Source: a virus
Direction: 5' to 3' (one strand)
Length of the DNA stretch: 64,000 nt
IMG/VR virus record: IMGVR_UViG_3300018059_000012
Coordinates: 1 to 64,000 of that record
Both the position numbers and the translations under genes were made by a program. A model generated the notes under the pieces. That model ran no database searches. It was given only the letters and a program-made list of their open reading frames with translations, and was not told the origin of the DNA. Positions 57,151 through 64,000 of the stretch are shown piece by piece. Numbering within the stretch: position 1 is the first letter of the stretch; every line of letters starts with the position of its first letter.

Positions 57151-58922
57151 CCAGTGAATACGCGTCATTCAGTATCGACTCAACGTTGGAGCTGGTTGCC
57201 GATGGCTTCAACGCTGAGATCAACGATAGTGAGCTGTTCAGGCAGGCATCACCAGCCGATCGAGTTTCACTCGCGCTTGGATTGCTTGATGGGACCCAGC
57301 TGAAGACGATCTCACAGATTACACTCGGGATCATCGACGAATACGAAATCACGATTAGTCCGAATAATGTCAATGGGCGAATTCGTGGGCGGGATCCATC
57401 AGCACTCCTGCTGGACTCGTACTTCAAGAAGCGGTACATCAGGCTGCCAGCACCCCCGACAGTTTCGACATTCGTCCCGCCTATTGGGGCAATCCCTGAA
57501 GTGAAGGGGCGATTCACGGCCTCGCAGATCGCTGCTGAGGTCGTGGCGAGCGTGGGTCTGACGCTCTCCTATGAGACCATCGACTATGAACTACAGGCGA
57601 CGTTCGAAGCGGTTGGGCGTGTTATCGATATTCTCAGGAACCTCATTCGTCCCTGGACATTCGTTGAGCCGTTTCGCACAGACATCTTCATCATGGGACA
57701 AACTATAGTTCTGCGACAGCGCCCGTTTCCGGTGACAACGCCGACGTACTTCCTCACGCTCAACGAAGTTCGGCGGAAACAGGTCACGATCCGCAAGCGC
57801 AAGACCAAGAAGGTAGGGATTCTCACGCTTCGTGGCGCCAAGATTGCCGAGTCACTCACCATCGATCCGGACAATGTGACGACAGGTGGATTCAACAATC
57901 TGTTCATCTCTGGCGAGCAGACCGAAGATGATATCCAGGAGAACTTTGCCCCACCTGACGTCTTACAGAGCATTGTCCACACGACGTCAGTGTTCCAGAT
58001 GCCGGCACATATCTTGCTTCGCTCGACCAAAGAAGAATTCATCAAAGATCAAACTGGCCTGATTATGAAAACGCGAGAAAAGATTAACAACCGATGGTCG
58101 TCGGTTGCCTTCGATTCATCCGGGCAAGTTGGACAACCCAAGCAGGAAGAGTCACTGATCACACGTGAACGTATTGATAAATCGGATGAGTCAAAAGTTT
58201 TTCGCGTATGGGATATTGAATCAATTGGTTACTCATACAATAGCAGTGGATTTCTGACCGGTGAAACCGATGTTACCAAGACGCTTGATCTGCAGGAAAA
58301 TGTACCGGTTGGTTTCTCGGAGCAGCTTGGGACACTTTTTGGCACAGCAGGAACTGGGCAATTCATCAATGCGACACAGACAGTTAAAACGCTTCGACCA
58401 AAAGGCAATCAGCTCGTCGAACAGATTGCCACTGATTACATCTGGAACAGTGGCGACAATGATTGGGATTTTCTCATGCGTCGAACACAGACGCAAGGTG
58501 GGTTTCAACCTGGTGGACCAGGACGAGCCGCCCCCATCTCACGGACCAATACTGCTGATGGGCAGCCCGGCATCGGTGGCTCCCGCCAAATCGAGCTCAC
58601 GATCGTGCTCTCGACAGACAATGATGCGCAGGACATCGAGATCGGCGACGAGAACCTTGACATTGGGGCGCTCCAGCAATTGCAAGCGCAGTTCGTGGCG
58701 GTTCAGGGGATGTACGAGTATGAAATCATCTTCGATGGGATCGGGATGCCGTTCGTCCAGCGCGGCAAGACTGTTGCCTTCGTTGGGATCGAAGTCGAGG
58801 ATGGAAGTCTCTTGAATATTCCGCCCGTGATCATTACGAGCGTGCGGAGCAAGTACGTGGAGAAGGATGATAAGTCAGAGTATGTGCTCAACGCCACCGG
58901 CTTTGGGTGGCAGGCTGCCTAA
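57147..58922 (+). CDS. Tail tip hub (Tal/gp27-like) protein
   Basis: G.IDEY.I...IRGRDPS.LLLD; C-terminal ITSV...Y; position. Confidence 0.65.
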   Translation: MTSEYASFSIDSTLELVADGFNAEINDSELFRQASPADRVSLALGLLDGTQLKTISQITLGIIDEYEITISPNNVNGRIRGRDPSALLLDSYFKKRYIRLPAPPTVSTFVPPIGAIPEVKGRFTASQIAAEVVASVGLTLSYETIDYELQATFEAVGRVIDILRNLIRPWTFVEPFRTDIFIMGQTIVLRQRPFPVTTPTYFLTLNEVRRKQVTIRKRKTKKVGILTLRGAKIAESLTIDPDNVTTGGFNNLFISGEQTEDDIQENFAPPDVLQSIVHTTSVFQMPAHILLRSTKEEFIKDQTGLIMKTREKINNRWSSVAFDSSGQVGQPKQEESLITRERIDKSDESKVFRVWDIESIGYSYNSSGFLTGETDVTKTLDLQENVPVGFSEQLGTLFGTAGTGQFINATQTVKTLRPKGNQLVEQIATDYIWNSGDNDWDFLMRRTQTQGGFQPGGPGRAAPISRTNTADGQPGIGGSRQIELTIVLSTDNDAQDIEIGDENLDIGALQQLQAQFVAVQGMYEYEIIFDGIGMPFVQRGKTVAFVGIEVEDGSLLNIPPVIITSVRSKYVEKDDKSEYVLNATGFGWQAA

Positions 58923-58938
58923 AGAAGGAAAGAACGAC

Positions 58939-59241
58939 ATGGCATTCAGACGAATGGTGAATCAGTACACGACGCTCATGCAGAACGGTGACGTGCAGGG
59001 ACTCCGAAATCAGCGCATTACGATGGTCGGTAAGACGACGCCGAGCGATTCTGATGAGGCCTTCTTTGACACCGCGACCATGACGGCAGTCTCCACGACT
59101 GCCGGTGGGACAGCATTCTTTCGCGGACGCACTGTCCAGGCCAGACAATCGAATGACGAACCACTGACCGCCGGGCAGGTGGTTTTTATCACCAAGACTC
59201 GCGACGGTGAGTTCGTCATTGATGGATCCGTCAAGGGCTGA
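58939..59241 (+). CDS. Small OB-fold-like tail protein
   Basis: L.AGQVVF...DG; AAGGA RBS. Confidence 0.55.
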   Translation: MAFRRMVNQYTTLMQNGDVQGLRNQRITMVGKTTPSDSDEAFFDTATMTAVSTTAGGTAFFRGRTVQARQSNDEPLTAGQVVFITKTRDGEFVIDGSVKG

Positions 59242-61592
59242 TGCCGATCGAGTTCACCCCGTCTAGGCGTCTTATCGACGCATATCTCAAGCTCAGGAAA
59301 CGTCTGCGTGGCGAGAACCCTGAAGCCAATCAAATCAAGAGCGAAGCGATCGAAGCTGTGAATGAGGATGGGACGTACGTCGTTAAGGGTGCCAACATCC
59401 CGGCAAGTGGAAACGTGAAGCTTTCGTCAGGACAGCGTGTTGATGTTGTCTTCAAGAATGCCCGCCCACGTGTGATCGTCGGACACAATGCCCGCCGGGC
59501 ACACTTTGGTCCTGATGTTGTGCCGATTGGAAATGGTGTCGTCGAAGAATTGTTGATTTTACAGAATCAGATCTACTTTCGGAATGACAGGCAGTTCACA
59601 CAACTAAAGATCAACAATCTTGATATTGAATTCGAATCCCCACCACTTGGTGTCCGCTGGGGATTAGATCGGCAGCACTTCCATGTTGTCATGGAAAATC
59701 ACATCTACAACATCTATAAGATCACGCGTGATCCGGCGAAGGTACTGGCGGAGAAAACACCTGTCGTCAAGTTCATCAAACAGATTGCGCTCGAGACAAT
59801 GCTCACGACCCTGCTGTTCGAGTTCTTTACATTCTCGATCACAGAGAGTAAGACGTATACAGTTAAGTGGATGGTCTTTCCGATTGGCTTCACGACTGAT
59901 CACGACACGTTGATCTCAGGACCGCATACCTTGGGCACGGCGGTATCTGGAACGTTTACTGTGACACCACAGCACTTCATGCACCTCAGTGGTCCTGACA
60001 TCGGGCAGTTCAAGGAGCTGCTTGGGAACCAGATGATTGTGCGGATCGCCGTTACCGATGTGATCGTCAACGCTGATGGGCATCTGATTATCTGTCTCTC
60101 GCTTGTGTGCGATACGTGTCCAGGCGATACAGACATTGATCAAGAGCCGTTCGTCTGGGCTCGTCTTGGGACACCACCAGGGCCGGATGGGTTCTTGGCG
60201 CCAGTAAATCAAGGTCCAGTCGGTGAACCGTTTCTTCTTCCGACGCCACCGATTGATCTGTCTATTGCATCGGCCCCAGCATTCGAGCATCATGCATTTT
60301 TTATCAATGCGACACTCGAACAAGTCTTGTGGCGGAGTCTACCTCTGTCGTTCACAGCATCACGGTTGGAACTCAAAACTGTTTCGGGTCCTGGACACAA
60401 TGCCTTCAATGTGTTCAATCCGGCGATTGCACTGATTGATCCAGGGTTCGTTGATCCTCTTGCAATCCCGCCGGACTACTACAGGATTGGGGCGGCACAG
60501 TTGGCCATCGCCTCCTCAATCATGTTCAATGTAGGATCGATCAATGATGAGTGGCTCATTGCAGAAGCCTTTGCCGAGTTTGCAGATTCACCAGCCTTTG
60601 AGAGCGAAACGTTTGAAATCAGCACTCCATTGGGGTATACGTTTTTTAACCCAGTGTTGACGCCAGTGACTCCGCTTGCCTTGACAGTGCTTGCTTCGTC
60701 AGATACTGAGATGGTGTTGGAGCAAGGAATTTGGATACCAACACTACAAGCAGCCACCTATCGACGTATCAATGTTTCTTCATCGGAGGCGTACGCGGCC
60801 CGATATCAGTTGCGCATACTTCGTCTCCTCCGCTGGGACGCGGATCCACTCAAACAGCGTCTTGTGATTGTGGTGACAGCTGATGTAGCCGACGAACCAT
60901 TTGTCGGGCAGGTGACACGCCCGGAACGTGTTTGGATCTACATCATCGATGGACAAGGAAAAATTGTTCGTACCGTACTCAACAACAGGGCTGTGTTCCA
61001 GGACTTCCGGTTTACCGTCGAATCGATCACGCCACGACATGTCTTGCTTCAGATCATCTGCACAATCTCTGATGTCATCAATGATAATCAGTCGTTCCTG
61101 TATCTCATTGATCTTGAAACTGGGCTGAACTCAACGGTGACAGGGAACGCTACAGATACTGAGCCAGCAGTGCTGCTCCAACTCTACGCGTTATGGCCAC
61201 GCTTTGTCTATAGTGCGGCAGAACCAAAGCGACGATTTCTTGCAAGCGCGTTCAATAAACTTGGCGCGCCGATATTAAAGTTGACAGCGGCAACAGCAAG
61301 CATGACGAATAAACTGATGCCGCCTGCTGATGCCCGACTCAAGCAGGCTGGTGTGTTGATTGACGTTCCAAAGCAGTTTGTTGCTGAACGGCAGAGTCGA
61401 TGGGATGCCTGGTTTCAAATTGTTTCCCAGAATATCGAGCTGCCATCGTCCACTGATCTGACAACCTATCAGATCTTCGAGTGGCAGAGTATGCCACCAA
61501 TGGATGTCCAGTTGATTACAGATACGCGTTTCATCGGTGTCAGAGAAGCTGGCAAAGCCTTTGACTCTCAGGTGAAGGTACCGGCAGCATGA
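59241..61592 (+). CDS. Large tail tip / receptor-binding protein
   Basis: N-terminal I.AVN.DGTY.V OB-like start; last large tail gene; lower GC, consistent with a swapped module. Confidence 0.6.
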   Translation: MPIEFTPSRRLIDAYLKLRKRLRGENPEANQIKSEAIEAVNEDGTYVVKGANIPASGNVKLSSGQRVDVVFKNARPRVIVGHNARRAHFGPDVVPIGNGVVEELLILQNQIYFRNDRQFTQLKINNLDIEFESPPLGVRWGLDRQHFHVVMENHIYNIYKITRDPAKVLAEKTPVVKFIKQIALETMLTTLLFEFFTFSITESKTYTVKWMVFPIGFTTDHDTLISGPHTLGTAVSGTFTVTPQHFMHLSGPDIGQFKELLGNQMIVRIAVTDVIVNADGHLIICLSLVCDTCPGDTDIDQEPFVWARLGTPPGPDGFLAPVNQGPVGEPFLLPTPPIDLSIASAPAFEHHAFFINATLEQVLWRSLPLSFTASRLELKTVSGPGHNAFNVFNPAIALIDPGFVDPLAIPPDYYRIGAAQLAIASSIMFNVGSINDEWLIAEAFAEFADSPAFESETFEISTPLGYTFFNPVLTPVTPLALTVLASSDTEMVLEQGIWIPTLQAATYRRINVSSSEAYAARYQLRILRLLRWDADPLKQRLVIVVTADVADEPFVGQVTRPERVWIYIIDGQGKIVRTVLNNRAVFQDFRFTVESITPRHVLLQIICTISDVINDNQSFLYLIDLETGLNSTVTGNATDTEPAVLLQLYALWPRFVYSAAEPKRRFLASAFNKLGAPILKLTAATASMTNKLMPPADARLKQAGVLIDVPKQFVAERQSRWDAWFQIVSQNIELPSSTDLTTYQIFEWQSMPPMDVQLITDTRFIGVREAGKAFDSQVKVPAA

Positions 61593-62086
61593 TCAAGACA
61601 ATGACGAGCATTATTTCATTCGACGAACGGGATGAACTTGAAGCATGGATTACACGGGATTGGCAGTGGGCAATGGGTGGTGTTCGCCCACCACATGGAT
61701 GGCGACCATCTCAGAAATGGAAAACACCACCGCCATTGTTTGATGCGGTTGGTGAACGTGTTCGGATATGGTTGGGCATTGATGAATGGCAGCCCGAGCC
61801 ACGCTTTGGGTGGACTGCAAACTATCAACCAACGTTGACATGGGTGACTGAACATTGTGATCCAGAGATTGCAGGGTTCATACATCTTCGGGCAAATGTA
61901 CTGGTGACTCGTCCACCATCTGGCGGCATGCCTATTGTCGGTGGACGTAAACTGTCATTGATGCAACGCGACGCCTGGGCGTTGAATACAGCTGTGCTTC
62001 ATAGCTCGACGCGCAGTGTTGGTGGTCCACGGCTGCTCTGTTCGTATGGATTTTTAGTCCCGAGTAGCAGTCCTGCAGTTTTGTGA
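61589..62086 (+). CDS. 2OG-Fe(II) oxygenase-fold protein
   Basis: H-x-D (EHCDP), R.NVLV..P..GG, distal H (VLHSS), R...SYGF. Confidence 0.7.
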   Translation: MIKTMTSIISFDERDELEAWITRDWQWAMGGVRPPHGWRPSQKWKTPPPLFDAVGERVRIWLGIDEWQPEPRFGWTANYQPTLTWVTEHCDPEIAGFIHLRANVLVTRPPSGGMPIVGGRKLSLMQRDAWALNTAVLHSSTRSVGGPRLLCSYGFLVPSSSPAVL

Positions 62087-62096
62087 AGGAGACGAT

Positions 62097-62615
62097 ATGG
62101 CATCATTTGTTCTTGCATATCCGGCGGTCCTGAAGATCGAAGCTGGCTATGTCAACGACCCTAACGATCCGGGGGGCGAGACAAACTTTGGCATCACGAA
62201 GCGGGATCATCCGGATGAGGACATCAAGAACCTGACGAAGGAGCGGGCTATCGCCATCTACAAGGCGAAGTACTGGGATCCACTTCGCCTTGACTTCATC
62301 AACGATCAGGAGATCGCCGACAAGCTGCTCGACATGTCAGTCAATCTAGGAACGGAAACGACTGCTATGCGGTTGCAGCGTGCGTTGAATTACACGCTCG
62401 TCGGTCGTCCAGTCATCATCGATGGTGACATTGGTCCACAGACTCTTGCCGCGATCAACGCGCTGGCGAGAGTAGCTGCGATCGGCCCAGACCTGGAGAC
62501 CCTGGGCCTCGCACTCCGCGCCTATCATGCGGCGCGGTATATCGAACTCGTCGAAGGACCAGACCCTCGTTTCGATACGTTTGCAAAGGGCTGGCTCCGG
62601 CGTGCGATGAAGTAA
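62097..62615 (+). CDS. Endolysin, glycoside hydrolase 108 family with peptidoglycan-binding segment
   Basis: EAGYVNDPNDPGGETNFGIT, LQRAL, DGDIGPQTL, F.KGWLRR. Confidence 0.92.
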   Translation: MASFVLAYPAVLKIEAGYVNDPNDPGGETNFGITKRDHPDEDIKNLTKERAIAIYKAKYWDPLRLDFINDQEIADKLLDMSVNLGTETTAMRLQRALNYTLVGRPVIIDGDIGPQTLAAINALARVAAIGPDLETLGLALRAYHAARYIELVEGPDPRFDTFAKGWLRRAMK

Positions 62616-62638
62616 ACCCGAACAAGAGGGAGGGAATC

Positions 62639-63451
62639 ATGTTCAGCAATCTCAGTCCAACGACGACCCTGACCATCGCACTGGTGCTCGGGGCCGTGCT
62701 CGGGGCTTTCTTCAGGCTCTGGGTCAGTCCGGCATTCGTGACATTCTCCAAGCAGCTCGTCACCGAGATCGCCTTCAACGGTCTCGCAGCGGTGCTGATC
62801 CCACATGCCGGGGCCATCATTCCAGGTCTCGACGTGACCAGCTTACCACCGCTGGCGGCGTTCGCCGTGATGGCGTTCATCGCTTCAGGCAGTGGTGACT
62901 TCGTGGGGAACATCAGGAAGCTATTCAGTGGTACCAGTACCGGTCTTGCCGGCAAGATCGTGTCATGGATCCTGATTGGATTCCTGGCGATCGGGCTGAC
63001 CACCGCCTGTGCGAGCAGTGGTGTCGGCAAGGCTGTGCAGGCTGCCGATGCGCAGAAGCAACTCGTCGAACGAGCAGCGGTGGAGTTCGTCAAGCTGAAG
63101 CTTCGGGGTGATCCGCGTATCACACCTGCGGTGTACGAGCAGGGGCGGGCCGCCTACGAGAAGTATCAGGGTGCGCAGGCAGGTCTTGCGGAGGCCCTGT
63201 CATCCTGGAAGGTAGTGAGCAATCCGGAGAACGAGAACAAGCTACAGGCGGCGCTCGCCGAGGTTACGAAGAACATCGACTTCTACCTCGCTCTCGTCGG
63301 CAAGTTCGTCAACCTGGAGGATCTGAAAAAGAAGATCAGCGCTGGGGCGGTGGAGGAAATCAAGACCACCTCTGCTGCTCCGACCTGGTTCGAGATCTAC
63401 TACAGCGCGAGCACGGAGCATTTCACACTCGCCGCGCAGGGGAGGTACTAG
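62639..63451 (+). CDS. Lysis-cassette membrane protein: holin-like TM region fused to a lipobox-led helical domain
   Basis: Three hydrophobic helices, then a fourth ending LTTA-C, then amphipathic helices; follows endolysin. Confidence 0.6.
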   Translation: MFSNLSPTTTLTIALVLGAVLGAFFRLWVSPAFVTFSKQLVTEIAFNGLAAVLIPHAGAIIPGLDVTSLPPLAAFAVMAFIASGSGDFVGNIRKLFSGTSTGLAGKIVSWILIGFLAIGLTTACASSGVGKAVQAADAQKQLVERAAVEFVKLKLRGDPRITPAVYEQGRAAYEKYQGAQAGLAEALSSWKVVSNPENENKLQAALAEVTKNIDFYLALVGKFVNLEDLKKKISAGAVEEIKTTSAAPTWFEIYYSASTEHFTLAAQGRY

Positions 63452-63454
63452 ATC

Positions 63455-63742
63455 ATGGGAGCGGAAGCGGCAGCAGGACTCATTCTGCAACTGATCGGGC
63501 AGGCGTTCGGGGCAGCAAAGAACGCCGGTCTGGTCGGCAACCCCGACTGGGTGAAGTACGTGGAGGCTGGACTCTACATGGCCAGCAAGGCGAAGGACAT
63601 CCTCGGGGACATCTTCTCGAACCCGTCGAAGTACGACAACATGACGCCGGAGCAGATCAAAGCGTTGCTGATGCCGAAGACGTGGGACGAGATCGAGATG
63701 CAGGCGATGGCAGAGCTGGCCGCTGAAGGCAGTGGCGGGTAG
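63455..63742 (+). CDS. Hypothetical protein (lysis cassette)
   Basis: GGAGGT RBS; amphipathic helices. Confidence 0.65.
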   Translation: MGAEAAAGLILQLIGQAFGAAKNAGLVGNPDWVKYVEAGLYMASKAKDILGDIFSNPSKYDNMTPEQIKALLMPKTWDEIEMQAMAELAAEGSGG

Positions 63743-63759
63743 CAGGGCAATCCACGACG

Positions 63760-63791
63760 GCACCGCCCGGTGATGTCAGGCCGGGCGGTGC
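63760..63791 (+). promoter_or_regulatory. GC-rich hairpin
   Basis: GCACCGCCCGG-10 nt-CCGGGCGGTGC perfect stem. Confidence 0.55.
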
Positions 63792-63801
63792 ATGGGAGAG
63801 C

Positions 63802-64000
63802 ATGATGGGAAAGAAAGTGGTTGTAGCACCGGTCCCACCCAAGGCGTCGCTCTCTGATCTGTGGGAGCAGTTCGGATCCCTCGGGCAGGGCATTGTTAAG
63901 ATCGGCGTGGCGGTCGCGATGCTCTACTCGCTGTATCTGTGGGGATCTGGCAAGATCGTTTGGGCTGATGAGCTCACCCAGCTTGTCGCGGATTTTACCT
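63802..64000 (+). CDS. Membrane protein, 3'-truncated
   Basis: ATG63802 open to the window end; IGVAVAMLYSLYLW hydrophobic segment. Confidence 0.5.
   Translation, partial: MMGKKVVVAPVPPKASLSDLWEQFGSLGQGIVKIGVAVAMLYSLYLWGSGKIVWADELTQLVADFT

Noticed and set aside
49255-59241. Contractile tail or tailocin/eCIS interpretation
   Set aside because: No sheath or baseplate-wedge gene; full head and packaging genes are present, so this is a siphovirus-type phage
1-64000. Stop-codon reassignment, tRNAs, integrase, transposase, reverse transcriptase/DGR, inteins
   Set aside because: Core genes are intact and end in TAA, TAG and TGA; no cloverleaf, RT, recombinase or intein motifs were seen by eye

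Overview
A 64-kb segment of a tailed dsDNA phage (siphovirus-like, GC-rich, essentially all genes on the + strand), probably of a diderm host (lipoproteins, GH108 endolysin). Order: recombination and nucleotide metabolism (Mre11/Rad50-like pair, thymidylate-synthase-family enzyme with a dCMP-type specificity residue, RuvC-like resolvase, KhpA-like KH protein, MazG-like pyrophosphatase, dCTP deaminase, DEDD exonuclease) with an embedded cassette of secreted proteins. Next is a putative small terminase at 11 kb and a ~15.5-kb accessory block holding four GT-A glycosyltransferases, two methyltransferase domains, a sugar-nucleotide reductase and many Cys-rich small ORFs. Then large terminase, a GT29 (sialyltransferase-like) gene, an apparently split portal, fibre-like genes, MuF-NUDIX, EGGPGSG-tagged head proteins, protease/scaffold, decoration and major capsid proteins, neck, tail tube, tail chaperone with a probable +1 frameshift, tape measure, tail tip, a 2OG-Fe(II) oxygenase and a lysis cassette. 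The best candidates for undescribed biology are: (i) a large glycan-building system (virion glycosylation and/or cytosine hypermodification); (ii) a Glu-specific cleave-and-tag system for capsid cargo; (iii) a secreted Gln/Gly-rich amyloid-like cassette; (iv) a start-associated AACGACA(C)AGGAG motif, often behind RNA hairpins, in a phage that encodes its own KH protein. All annotations come from reading motifs by eye; no database searches were run. No tRNA, rRNA, CRISPR array, integrase or transposase was seen.
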